Assembly (NCBI GenBank): GCA_036630325.1
Contig: CP142731.1
Coordinates: forward strand, 930,001 to 994,000
From: Vairimorpha necatrix
Taxonomy: Eukaryota
Reading direction: 5' to 3'
DNA: 64,000 bases
Positions 37,333-48,607 of this stretch are shown here, one piece after another. The notes beneath the pieces are model-generated. The model worked only from the letters and a program-made list of their open reading frames with translations. It was not told where the DNA came from and searched no databases. A program made the position numbers and the translations under genes. Each line of letters begins with the position of its first letter. Positions within the stretch are counted from its first letter, which is position 1.

Positions 37333-37833
37333 TTATTTAACTTTTGATCTGTTATCCTTATCTTTATTTATAACATTGTATTTACTAAAATATTCCCTAA
37401 CTTCAAATGACAATTTACACCCATTCCCCAATAATTCTATGGCTTCATTTGTTTTATTTTTATCAGTACGAAATAAGCCTTCAATTTCTGCTTCTTCTCG
37501 ATTAGAAATCAGAGATTTACTATAATATATTCCATTTTCAGTTTCTATTTCAAAAATATCTTCTTCTTCTATTTTTTTTATATTTTTAATTTCTTCTTTT
37601 ATAATTGGAACTTTCAAATTTTTAGTCTGTTGACGCATCCTTTCAAGTAAGTCGGCTTGGTCTTTGACATTTATTACTCCTGCGACTTTATCAAAGCCTT
37701 CAAAATTTAGATTGTCTGGTTCATTTATATTAATAACTAACTGTTTATAATTAGAAGTTTGTAGATAAATACTTGCCATGTACAATGAAATATTATCTCC
37801 AATTAGAATAATGTCATATTTGCTTTTATTCAT
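37333..37833 (-). CDS. Thioredoxin-reductase-like protein reduced to the FAD-binding domain (166 aa)
   Basis: YDIILIG..LYMASIYL resembles the TrxR N-terminus; IEGLF..EAIELLGNGCKLSFEVREYF resembles the TrxR C-terminus; central NADPH/CxxC domain absent. Confidence 0.7.
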   Translation of the reverse strand: MNKSKYDIILIGDNISLYMASIYLQTSNYKQLVININEPDNLNFEGFDKVAGVINVKDQADLLERMRQQTKNLKVPIIKEEIKNIKKIEEEDIFEIETENGIYYSKSLISNREEAEIEGLFRTDKNKTNEAIELLGNGCKLSFEVREYFSKYNVINKDKDNRSKVK

Positions 37834-37931
37834 AAAGGGATAGAAAAAACAAAGAATTTTTTTAACAAAAATTTTTACACTATAGCCAGAATAAAATTTA
37901 AGTATGTATTTTACTTTAATTATTATGTTTT

Positions 37932-38378
37932 TTATTTTATATATGATACTGGTTTGTAAATATTACTATCTCGTATCTTATTCCTCAATTTCTCAGGATT
38001 AAACCTTTCGTCTCCCATTCCTTCAAACCCGACAATTTGGTCTACAAAAAACCCATTTTTAAAAAAGCCCAAAAATGGTAAAATTTTTATTTCCAGTTTA
38101 TTTGTTACAATGGGACAAATATCAGCTTTTATTTTATAAAAGCTGATATTTTCAAAATCTTTATAAATTTTATTTAATTCTTTGTTCATGATTTTACATG
38201 TCTCGAATGTGTCATCATAAAAGTGTACAATCATCGTCTCATGTTGTGTGAGTTTTATTAATTCGTTTTCTGTTACGATTTCTGGGATTTCTTTTAATAA
38301 TTCTTTTATACGTTGAGATTTATATTTTTCATATATTTCGTCTTCAACTAGAAGATCTTCTTCATTATGAAAAGTCAT
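37932..38378 (-). CDS. Phosducin-like thioredoxin-fold protein (TXNDC9/Plp1 type)
   Basis: IVHFY..F.TCKIM, L.IK.LP..FF.NG..VD.IVGFE.MG motifs; CCCC-ATG. Confidence 0.85.
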   Translation of the reverse strand: MTFHNEEDLLVEDEIYEKYKSQRIKELLKEIPEIVTENELIKLTQHETMIVHFYDDTFETCKIMNKELNKIYKDFENISFYKIKADICPIVTNKLEIKILPFLGFFKNGFFVDQIVGFEGMGDERFNPEKLRNKIRDSNIYKPVSYIK

Positions 38379-39584
38379 GGGGTAAAGAAATCAAATAATA
38401 AAAAAAGGAAGAAAAACTTGCACATAAATTATTCTAAGATGGCATAGTGACATGTATTATTGCAAGACACAGAAAAAAAATCTAGAAATTTTGAACACCA
38501 AAAAGGATTTACGAGAATCACACTAGACTAAAGCAAGGCCTTCGAACAAGCTTATCATTCCTTACTGGTGTTTTAAAAATAATAAGTTTTGCTTATAATC
38601 CTTTGTTAAAACATTTTACTTTTAAAATTAACTCACGAGAAAACAATTGTTTAGAGGACTTTCTGTCAAGAATTTTAAACAACAGCAACAAACACAAAGA
38701 AAACTCAAATTAGAGATATAGTAAAATGCATTCAGACATTCTTTATGGGATCTCTAATATTTATCAAAACTTTTCTTTGCTTGACCAGTTGGGCTTTACA
38801 ACGAAATCTCAAGAATTCTTCTGTACATGTTTCAATTTACGACTTCGATCGAGACTTTCAAGTGTGTGGACGGTGAAATTAATTCCGATACTTTTTTCAT
38901 TTAAAAATTTTTGGGCTGTAATTTGATTAGACATTTCGTGCTCATGGACGCAAGTCAAAGATAAACCTAGACTTGCTACAGTGATTGCCTTGATTTTTTT
39001 TGGCTGAATGTAGGACAGAGCTCTCTTGTATGTAAAACTTAATGGATTTTGATTGATTTGCATCAGCAGTCATTATGTATGACTTTTTATTTTAGACTTA
39101 GTAAGCAAATATATTCAAATTTAACTATGTTTGTTTCTTAAAATTTAACATGTGTATTTAAATCTTGTTTTATAACGTGTAGTCCATTCTAATGCAGCAA
39201 TATGAAGTTCTCATAACATATTATTCGATTTTAAAGTAAAATAAATAATTTTAATTAAATTTTTTTATCAACGTGGAAAAAGCCTACAAAAAAAAATAAA
39301 ACTTTTAAGAAAATATATAAATTTATACTTAAAATAAATTGTGTTTTTATGTACTTTGACTAATTCATAGTAAAATCTTACTTATTTATCTATTAAATTA
39401 ATTTGCCATCAATATAATTTTTTGTTTCTTTTAATTATCAATATTGTTTTATTTTGTATATAATATCTATAACTTATCTTAAAGGTCTTCCTTTTGTCTA
39501 AATTTAAATAATAAATTGCCTTTTAAAACTTACTTAACTTTCTTAAAAATAATACATTTTTTTTAATATTAAAATTTTTTTTAT

Positions 39585-39893
39585 TTATACGAAAATATCA
39601 TCATAATAGTAAAACATTATACTAGACACTATAAGTAGAATATAACTACTTCCCCAAAATATAAAATCGGAGTTAGTGTTTACTCCCATAAAACTACAAA
39701 GATAATACAAATGAAATACAACGAAAATCAAATTACTAAAAGATTTTAAATCGAATTCTAAATCTAATAATGGATTTAATCCTAATAAAATGCACAGTAT
39801 TCCAGATATAAACATGAGTACTGTTATAATTACTGATGTGGTGGTCCATTTCTTCTTTCTGAAAGTTATATTTACTCTACTACCTTCTGACAT
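39585..39893 (-). CDS. Hypothetical 102-aa membrane protein (3 predicted TM helices)
   Basis: Three hydrophobic segments; coding-like ORF. Confidence 0.7.
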   Translation of the reverse strand: MSEGSRVNITFRKKKWTTTSVIITVLMFISGILCILLGLNPLLDLEFDLKSFSNLIFVVFHLYYLCSFMGVNTNSDFIFWGSSYILLIVSSIMFYYYDDIFV

Positions 39894-40366
39894 ATTTGTT
39901 ATTTATAAATGTAAATTAAAAAATATAAGTAAAACAAAATTTGAAACACAAAAAATAAACATAATCCAATAAAAAACAGATCAGAAAAAATTTATACAGT
40001 GAATAAATGCTACTATATCAAAGTATAAATCTGTGTGTTGAGTTAATTTTGATATTCGTAGCACAGCTGTCTTTAAATCGCATATGGGATATTACTTTTT
40101 ACAGACTATAGTTTCTGTGTATTTATTTTCTTTTTTAATTCCAATTTTTAGCTTCATTGTCAACGACACTTAACTAACACTTATACAAATACTACTAATA
40201 ATAAAATACTCTTATAAATTTATAATATAATGAATACTTTAAGTAAATATAAACAAACATTCATTTTATAATTTATATTTTAATAATATAATACAAGTAA
40301 ACATATTTAAAATAATAATATAATTAATATTGAAGGTAAAAAAAGTTGCAATTTTATATACTACAT

Positions 40367-40603
40367 TTATTTCAACAGTACTGTAACTAAACACGCCGCA
40401 CACACTGTAAATAATGATACTGAAGACATGCATCCATTTGTAGACTTTTTAGATGAATGTTTTTTTTTAGACGAGGATCCACCGCTCTTTTCATTTGTGT
40501 TAGTTGCATCTTCTTCGTCGTCATCTTTAGAATTATTCTTGTTTGAATTTGCAGCTGCAATTATTTGGAGGAGAGAAGCTAGTATTAAAAAAACTTTCTG
40601 CAT
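40367..40603 (-). CDS. Small putative GPI-anchored surface protein (78 aa)
   Basis: Signal peptide, hydrophilic core, NG small-residue site and terminal hydrophobic tail; CCCCACCCCCA-ATG. Confidence 0.8.
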   Translation of the reverse strand: MQKVFLILASLLQIIAAANSNKNNSKDDDEEDATNTNEKSGGSSSKKKHSSKKSTNGCMSSVSLFTVCAACLVTVLLK

Positions 40604-41491
40604 TGGGGGTGGGGTAAATTTCTCTATTTATAGTTTTTTCATTTAGTTTGTTGGTATACAAACAAATAAATTGAAAGAAGAGGCGACTGAAAAAATGATA
40701 TAAATTAAAATGTCTAGAAAAAATTAATTTTTATGTTTTTTACTGGTTATAAATGAAAACAATGACGTGTTTTATGATATAATAGTAAACAAGTAATATT
40801 TAGGAATATAATAAGTCTTTTATAAATATAAATCTCAGTTTTATAATATCTATCTGACATTATCTGATCGAATATTTAAAAAATTATATAACAAGTAAAT
40901 TGTTTTTGATGTTGCAATATAGCTATACATATAATTGTATTATATTCAGAAGATCTTATATAATCATAGAACGTATGATATTTTAAAATGATATATTTTC
41001 AAAAAATAAAAAGTGCATATAATATGTTTACATTTTTTAAACTCTTATATTTAGTTAAAATATCGAATTTGTTTTCTATTATTTTTTATACAAAAATTTA
41101 TAAATAAAAAAATCTTTAAAAATTATATTAGAACTTGAAAATTAAATAAATTATTATTTCTGAATATTTATCAGTATGTAAAATATTTTTCAGGTTTTAA
41201 AACGGCTCCTTTTGTTTTATGAAAACATATCATAGTGACATTTGAATGTAAACAAAAAACCTAAAATTCATAGTCTTGCCTTTTTAATCTTGGACATCAC
41301 TAAAAAATAAAATCTTGATTGAAGGCACTCGTCACCAACTTGTAGTTGATATTCTTCTTCACATATCTTTGCTCTTAATCTTGTTCAATATTATATTATT
41401 AATGTCCATTTGGATTTTACTATCAATTCAAGTTGCTTTTTGTTCAATTATGACGTGTTATCTTTTTTCATATTTATTGTCTTATCCCTTT

Positions 41492-41938
41492 ATGATTTCT
41501 TTACTATTATCTAACTTAGTTCTCTGCTCAGTTAGAATATTTAATACTAAAATGGATGAAGCCTCTCTTCTTCTAAATCACTCTGGTTTCCCATACACTC
41601 TAATTCTCGAATATCCTGACGGCGTTGCCTTTGACCAGAATATTATCAAAGATTCTAAAATTATCCAAGTAGATGAACAAAGACGAGTCTACAGGACATT
41701 ATTAAAGATAAACAAGAAGACAATTATTAAATATAAGAAGTATCTGAATAAGTCTTATCAATATGACTTGTATTATGAGAAAGGAATAAGATTAAGATTC
41801 TGGATTATAAGAAATAATAAAGTAGAATATGGTGAATTATTAGACTGGGCGCCTATACCAGACCTGTCTATGATATTTGTAGGGAGTTTAAGCCTGGGGA
41901 TTGTATTGAGCGTAATATTAAAGGTAATTAAAATGTAA
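41492..41938 (+). CDS. 148-aa type I membrane protein; possible miniaturised GPI transamidase subunit PIG-T/Gpi16
   Basis: Start reassigned to the ATG after CCCTTT; signal peptide; YGELLDWAPIPDLSM followed by a TM helix resembles PIG-T LL..LPTPDFSM. Confidence 0.55.
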   Translation: MISLLLSNLVLCSVRIFNTKMDEASLLLNHSGFPYTLILEYPDGVAFDQNIIKDSKIIQVDEQRRVYRTLLKINKKTIIKYKKYLNKSYQYDLYYEKGIRLRFWIIRNNKVEYGELLDWAPIPDLSMIFVGSLSLGIVLSVILKVIKM

Positions 41939-42010
41939 TATATAAAATTGAATAGACTAAAGTCTACTTAAGATCATTATAATAATGTTATTCAATCTAC
42001 TAAAAGTTTT

Positions 42011-42098
42011 AAATTTGTAAAAAAGATTTCAAATTTGCTAAAAACATTTCAAATTTGTAAAAACATTTCAAATTTGTAAAAAACATTTCAAATTTGTT
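42011..42098. repeat. Tandem repeat, ~20-bp unit AAATTTGTAAAAAACATTTC, ~4.5 copies
   Basis: Read directly. Confidence 0.8.
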
Positions 42099-42411
42099 AA
42101 ATGTTACTTAAACTGGGGCATTAATCAAAGGCCCATTTTGCACATTAGAAAAGGAATATGAGGCATCTTTATTCTTATGGATTTATCATAAATGACAATA
42201 TATAAGTACTTATGATTTTATAATCTACTCTCCTTGGTAGATTTTTGTCATTTTTTATAAATTTTAAAACTGTCCCCAAAATGCTCTAAAGTTTATTCTT
42301 TGTCAATTTTTTTAAATAAAAAGAAGTTTGTACAAATTTAAATAATTTCTGTTAACTTAGATTTTATTAAACTGTCCTTGTTGATTTTGTTAATCTTTTT
42401 TCCCCCTTAAG

Positions 42412-44502
42412 ATGAAAAACAATATCACTTTTCAGCCTCTAATTTCTCCTAGTATTTATTGTCATTTACTCTCTATAAATAACACTAAAATTCTTATTAA
42501 TTCTGGTGGAAATGAATCTTTTTATACCCAAGAAATATTAAATATTATAAACTCCTGTGACTGTATTCTTATAACTTCTTTTGATCTAGAATGTATAAAT
42601 TCCTTATTTCTAATTTTAAACCAAGGCTTTTTTAAGCCTGTTTACATGTCTGTACCCGTCAAAGAATTCTTTTTAATATTCCATGAAAAAGAATATAAAA
42701 ATATTTATGACGTCAAATATCTCCAACCGTTTAACGTCAATGACGTACAAATATGCGCATTTAATGCTGGTAATTCACTAGGCGCTTCTCTTTACAAAAT
42801 AACTTCTAACAGAGAAAATATTTACATTGGGTATAATATAAACCACAGGAAAGAAAATCATTTAAATGGAGTCGACTTAAAGAAAATAACTGACAGTTAT
42901 GTATTCATTACTAATAGTAAATATTGTTATAAAGAAAATATTAATCATAATATTAGAAATGATCAATTTATTTCTTTAATTAAAAACGTCTTTAATACTA
43001 AATCTAAAAAATTAATAATTTATATTTCTTATACAAGATTTCATGAATTAGGTATAATTCTTAATAATATTAAAGATAAAAAAATTATAATTTTTGATAA
43101 ATTTATTGAAAAGTTTATTAATAAATCTAAGAATATGGTAGAATGGAGTAATAGTAAACTTATAGAAGAAAATGATGTATATGAATATTCTAATTTAGAA
43201 AGAGTAGAATATTTTACGAAATTGGGAGTATTTGATATTTGTGTGGTATTAAATGATGATATAACTATACTTGATAAATATAATAATGAGAATTTGAGTG
43301 TTTTATTTATAGATAAGAAGATTGATATTAAAAATATGCCTGTATATGAATATAAAGGGATTTATGAGATACAAGAAGAAAATGAGAGTGAAGAATTATT
43401 ATCTGAGAGTAGTGATGAAGAAATAATAAAGCATTGGAGTGAAGAAAAGCATGAGATAAGATTTTATGACTCAGAAACAAATGTCTTAGATAAAAATAGT
43501 TATAATATGACAGATAATATAACTGATAAAATAAGTTATAATATGACTAATAATATAACTGATAAAAACGACGAAAAAAGAAGTTATAATATGTTTGATA
43601 AACAAAATAATAATATAACTGAAAGTTATAATATGTCTGATAATATAACTGAAAATTATAATAAGCAAAAATATTTTAATAAGCGAAAATATTTTAATGA
43701 TTATAATTCATTATTTCAGGAAACTTACAAATATTTTTATGATTCAGAAAATTCTGAAAATTTTTTACCTAAAAAATTTTTCAAAATCCAAAATTTTTTA
43801 AAATTCCCAACTAAAAAAAAGATTCGTAATTTCGACAATTACGGCGAATACGTCGACCAATTTAAGTTCCAAATAAAACTCCCGAAACTTATTATCAAAG
43901 AAGACACAACACCAGTCAAAATTTACAAAGAATCAAAAACACTTTTTAAATTAGGTATAACTCCCAAATTTAAAATTTTAAATTTCAATTTACAAGGATC
44001 CAGTGATCTAAAAAATATAAAAGTCGTTTTACAAAATACAGAAAGTAAAAAGATTTTGATAGTAGAAGATGATTTCTTATGTAGTAAATTTATGTATAAT
44101 AATCTTCTTTGTTCTGTAAAAAATGTACAAATTTGTAATAAGTTAGTAAATTTGAGTAGTAGTACGAATATTAATATTTTTAATGTATCAGATATTATAA
44201 ATAATATAAGTAAAGTAGTTAAATTAGAAAATATGAATATATTTAGGTTTATAGGGAGGAAAGAAGAAAAGAATATTAAGTTTATTAAAGAAGCAGAGAA
44301 AATTAGTGCGTGTGATTTTAATGATTTAAGGAAGAAGATTGTTGGAGTAAATTTGAAAATTGAGAGAATTGGAGACAGTTTTGTTGTACAAGACAAAGTT
44401 GTAATAAAATTGGAAAATGAGAAGATTCTATTAGAAGGAGAAGAAGGGGAAGTTTATAATTATATGAGGGATTTATTATATGAGAATATTCTCCAACTTT
44501 AA
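42412..44502 (+). CDS. CPSF2: Cleavage and polyadenylation specificity factor 100-kDa subunit
   Basis: Inactive metallo-beta-lactamase fold; VKYLQP, AFNAGNSLG, NHRKENHLNG, FDNYGE, G.SD..N motifs; CCCCC before ATG. Confidence 0.88.
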   Translation: MKNNITFQPLISPSIYCHLLSINNTKILINSGGNESFYTQEILNIINSCDCILITSFDLECINSLFLILNQGFFKPVYMSVPVKEFFLIFHEKEYKNIYDVKYLQPFNVNDVQICAFNAGNSLGASLYKITSNRENIYIGYNINHRKENHLNGVDLKKITDSYVFITNSKYCYKENINHNIRNDQFISLIKNVFNTKSKKLIIYISYTRFHELGIILNNIKDKKIIIFDKFIEKFINKSKNMVEWSNSKLIEENDVYEYSNLERVEYFTKLGVFDICVVLNDDITILDKYNNENLSVLFIDKKIDIKNMPVYEYKGIYEIQEENESEELLSESSDEEIIKHWSEEKHEIRFYDSETNVLDKNSYNMTDNITDKISYNMTNNITDKNDEKRSYNMFDKQNNNITESYNMSDNITENYNKQKYFNKRKYFNDYNSLFQETYKYFYDSENSENFLPKKFFKIQNFLKFPTKKKIRNFDNYGEYVDQFKFQIKLPKLIIKEDTTPVKIYKESKTLFKLGITPKFKILNFNLQGSSDLKNIKVVLQNTESKKILIVEDDFLCSKFMYNNLLCSVKNVQICNKLVNLSSSTNINIFNVSDIINNISKVVKLENMNIFRFIGRKEEKNIKFIKEAEKISACDFNDLRKKIVGVNLKIERIGDSFVVQDKVVIKLENEKILLEGEEGEVYNYMRDLLYENILQL

Positions 44503-44538
44503 AAACAATATTAAATTTTTAATATATATATATTTCTT

Positions 44539-44590
44539 TATGTATTAAACTTACTTATGTATCAAACTTACTTATGTATCAAACTTACTT
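44539..44590. repeat. 17-bp tandem repeat ATGTATCAAACTTACTT x3 in the intergenic region between convergent genes
   Basis: Read directly. Confidence 0.75.
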
Positions 44591-44611
44591 ATATTCTTGT
44601 CTTACTTATGT

Positions 44612-44797
44612 TTAATATATTATGTAACATATGTCACTTCCCTTTATTAATATTTTATCAAGTTTCTCTTTTTTAATTTCTACTTCTTTTAAGAATAAAT
44701 TACTGTTCTTGTCTATTTTCATGATTTGTCCTTCTACTACCAAATTTTCCTTAGTGAAGATTTTGACTTTTTTATTTTTCAAATTTTTAATCAGCAT
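44612..44797 (-). CDS. Sm/LSm-fold protein (61 aa)
   Basis: Sm1 (L.NKKV.I.TK....V.G.I..ID...NL.L..V) and Sm2 (ILIKGSDICYI) motifs. Confidence 0.85.
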   Translation of the reverse strand: MLIKNLKNKKVKIFTKENLVVEGQIMKIDKNSNLFLKEVEIKKEKLDKILIKGSDICYIIY

Positions 44798-45059
44798 AAA
44801 GAGGAAGAAAAAAAAAGAAAATATTTAAAATAAAGATATAAGATATAATTAATTAGATATTGAAAAAGATATTTAAAGAACCATTTTTTAAGAAAGATAT
44901 ATTTAAAGAAAGAAACTTAAAAAGATATTTAAAAAAGATGTTTAAAAAGATATTTAACCAATATCTTAAAGAAATATTTTTCGAACTGTGTTACACACGC
45001 CAATATCAGACTAAAACTTCTCATTATATAAATAAAATCTACTACATAAAAGGGTCGAG

Positions 45060-45491
45060 ATGGAGAGAAATATTGTAGATGTTTTATATTTGGACTATGC
45101 CTTGTATAAAATAGTAGAGATTTATAACAAGTCGCTCTACAAGAGACTTAGAAATAAACAAGACAATATTCCAAATATAAATAAATCAGACATGAGATTT
45201 TATAAGAATATTACAAATCTAATAAAAAGCAGTCTGGAAGTGGAATATGATGACGAAATTATTAAGAAGATCATGTATGTGAAGATACTGCAGATTCTGG
45301 ACAGTAGTCAGAAATCTGAAGGGGAAGCCTTGGCCAAAGTCAAGGAATATCTCAAGATTGTAGAGAATAAAATGGAGAACTTTGATATATTCAGAGGGGA
45401 GACAGTAGAGGAACTTTTAGACTGGGTAGATGAAATTTATAAGTCTTTTTCACTGCCCTATTTATATGAGGAATGTATTAAATTAATATAA
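45060..45491 (+). CDS. Hypothetical 143-aa protein
   Basis: Coding-like ORF with a GGG motif before ATG; divergent from the Sm gene. Confidence 0.75.
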   Translation: MERNIVDVLYLDYALYKIVEIYNKSLYKRLRNKQDNIPNINKSDMRFYKNITNLIKSSLEVEYDDEIIKKIMYVKILQILDSSQKSEGEALAKVKEYLKIVENKMENFDIFRGETVEELLDWVDEIYKSFSLPYLYEECIKLI

Positions 45492-45654
45492 CTTATTAAA
45501 ATATGTCTTATACAGCATATTAATAAGACATAATAAACTAGACAATCTTTATTATTAATATAAGTTTTTTAAACATAAATAAAACTAGTATATAAATAAG
45601 ACATAATAAATTATACAAATATATATAAATATATGTTTTTTAAATATATGCTTT

Positions 45655-46575
45655 TTAATTTACTAGAGTGTAATCTATTCCTTCATAAGGAATATGCTCC
45701 CCTTCTATTCCAATCTTGTAAATCTCCCCTTGATTATGCGCATAATCTCCAACTTCCAAATTTAAACTCAAAATAAAATCCAGGAAATCCAAACTGACGT
45801 CATTCTTAAAATCCACATCTTTAATTTTTACACTCTGTTTATCAAATACTGCCAGATAATTCTTATCACAATCTAATCCATTAAAATATCTCATAATCTT
45901 ATTATTACTCTTAAAACAAGATGAAGAAAAAATTACTAAATTATATCCTTTATATTTATACCATCTCTCTTCTGTGCTTTTATATTCCTTACAAATCTCT
46001 TCATAAGACATTTCTAAATATTCATAAACATTTATAGACTTAAAATAAGAATCTTCAAAAAAAATATTATTATGTTTTAAAATCTTAAAATGAACAAAAA
46101 TATTAGGCATGTGGACTTTAGTGAGGATACTATCTTTGAGAAAGATAGTATCCTCTTTATTTTGGTGATAAACTAACTTATTAAACAAATCTAAATATAA
46201 ATCAATACCCTTCTTGAGGACATGGAAATTAATGATCTCTTTGTAGGAAGACACCACATCATGGAGATCTGGATTTTGGGAATTTGTTTGTTTTTTGTCT
46301 GGTGAATTTGTTTGTTTTACAAATTTATTATCAAAAAAAGATTTATCTCTGCATAAATTTACTATATCAAAAAAATCTCTATTGAGTCTTTTTTTAATTT
46401 TGGTAGGAAATGAAACCTCATGGAAATCGCTCTGTCTTGGTATGGAATTATCCCCAATAAATAAACAAGAATTGGGATAATAAGCATATGATAAGGTAGA
46501 TATTTGAGATGGGAATTTTGAAGAAGGAGAAATTTCTCCTTCTTCTGAAGATGAAGAACATAACGTGTATTCCAT
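45655..46575 (-). CDS. Hypothetical 306-aa protein
   Basis: Long ORF; ACCCTTCA-ATG start context. Confidence 0.8.
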   Translation of the reverse strand: MEYTLCSSSSEEGEISPSSKFPSQISTLSYAYYPNSCLFIGDNSIPRQSDFHEVSFPTKIKKRLNRDFFDIVNLCRDKSFFDNKFVKQTNSPDKKQTNSQNPDLHDVVSSYKEIINFHVLKKGIDLYLDLFNKLVYHQNKEDTIFLKDSILTKVHMPNIFVHFKILKHNNIFFEDSYFKSINVYEYLEMSYEEICKEYKSTEERWYKYKGYNLVIFSSSCFKSNNKIMRYFNGLDCDKNYLAVFDKQSVKIKDVDFKNDVSLDFLDFILSLNLEVGDYAHNQGEIYKIGIEGEHIPYEGIDYTLVN

Positions 46576-48583
46576 TGAAGGGTAAAGAAAAACAAAATAC
46601 TACTAAAAAAAGGATAAAAAGTATATGTTTTGATAATGTGAAGATACAAAAGGGAATTTCAGTTTTATGAGAGCATATATCTAAAGATTTATTGTAAAAC
46701 ATTTTGGATTAATTATAAGAAATCTACATGAAAATTATTTAAAGTCATAAAGAAGAACATTTTAGAAGTGTAAAAACAAACAACAAGAATTATTTTGATT
46801 TTGATGCAGAAATAAATAGTCGGAGTAGAATATTAAATCTGGGCGTAAATATAAGCCGTCAGCTCAAAATCCAATATAATTTTAAAGAAAAAAAACTTGG
46901 AGTTGGTACAGAAATCGCCATGAAATAAGAATGCATTGCAAGATACAACGTCACTCCCAGATCTAATCAGATAAAATGGCTATAACAGTATTTTTTATAA
47001 CAAATACACAATAAGAACTAAGGCAAATTACTATATAGAAAATAAAGTCCGAGAGAGTCCCAAGACGCGATATGATATAAATAGATAAAAGTCACTGGTT
47101 AAATTAAATGTACACGGCGGAATTTACCTCATGTCCAGAATAAATTATAATGAGTAAGAATCTCACAGTACTAGTTAGATTAGAAGCACAAACCAAATTA
47201 CAAAATTTGCATGTGAGGTTTCTGCTACATTCTACAAACAATAAAAAGAATGTATATATATTTACTAAAGACGTAAGTAAAACTCCAACTTATACCAGAA
47301 TTGTATCTACAAGTCTCGTGTATAAAAATTGAAATTCCAGAGTGCAGTACAATAACAAAAAATTATAACTTTCTATTAAATTGATAAATATTTTTTTTGT
47401 GCGGCGTGTTACTGTAATGAATCAAAAAATTCCCAAAGTTAATTTATTACGAAACATAAATATGTGCAATCGGACGACAATGCAAAATGCCCAGCTAAGT
47501 TTGTTTGTAAAAAACTTAATTTTCTGTTTTATGTATTGCAGCCAAAAGCTGCCAACCATGAAAAATTAGCTAAAATTTTTTATTCTATGATAAATTTTAC
47601 TCTTGATAAAATACAGAAAAATGATAATCTTTGTAGTCGATTATACATAATTCCAAGAAGAAGTTATATAAAATTTATAAAGAAAATATTAAATTGTTAC
47701 AAGAAACATTTATTTCTAATTCTAATCTTTCGCATTAATTTCCCTGTCACGGCCGATATAACGCATTCTTCGTCTAACATTACTTTATTTATTGTAAAAT
47801 AGTGTACAATAGAAGCTTTAAGATCCAAAGATTCATTCAATGTTTATATTAATTGACTATGCAAGGCTTAAGAAGAACCAAATAACATAATATAAACTTT
47901 ATTTTTTTACTACTATTTTGCTGTACTATTTTCAGCAGTTTGTGCGAAAGGTTTCACCTTTTTGTGTAAAATTTTTCAAAGAAGTCTTTGGTTTGATAAT
48001 ATAATTTAAAATTATTGGCATATTCTTAATGTATAATTCATTTTATAAGTTAAGTTAATATAATTTTTGTTTGAATTTCGCCATGTTATCATTGAAAAAA
48101 AAGATAGAACACCAATGACTACAGACTCACACAAAAGTCCATAAAGATTCATGAAACATGATAATAAAATTGTAGATGGGCTGGTTATGTGTCATAAACT
48201 ATGTGTGAACAAGTTATATATTTGCGCAGGCGGGGCATTGTCCTATAAGTTCTTTCCAAAACATAGTAGATTTAATCATCTATTTGATTAAAAATTTTTA
48301 TCTATTCCTGTATCAAAAAGCATTTATTGAAATCTATTACAATTCTTATTATATATTTATGACTAAAATCGGCAAATAATCAGTTGTTGATGCTTGATGT
48401 TGTCAGTGAGAAGTATATAACTCGCGCAAATGCTCTAAATATGTTTCAAACAAATCAGGAAATATTAATATCTGTATTATCACGCAATGCTATAGTACAA
48501 CAAAATTTAATTGAAGAATTGCAGCATGTAATTTCTTTTCGTGTCTTATATTTGGTTTATGATTATTGATAGACGCTTACGTC

Positions 48584-48607
48584 ATATATATATATATATA
48601 TATATAT
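48584..48607. repeat. (TA)n microsatellite
   Basis: Read directly. Confidence 0.85.

Noticed and set aside
38700-39070. ORFs 38726-38926 and 38809-39063
   Set aside because: No CCC context or recognisable domain; probably decayed repeat sequence
40030-40125. Possible structured ncRNA hairpins
   Set aside because: No convincing tRNA, snoRNA or snRNA motifs
41315-41491. N-terminal extension of the 207-aa ORF
   Set aside because: TTG start; the CCC motif and signal peptide point to the ATG at 41492
43486-46702. Short ORFs overlapping CPSF2, the Sm gene and the 306-aa gene, plus 44860-45078
   Set aside because: Antisense, alternate-frame or non-ATG low-complexity ORFs
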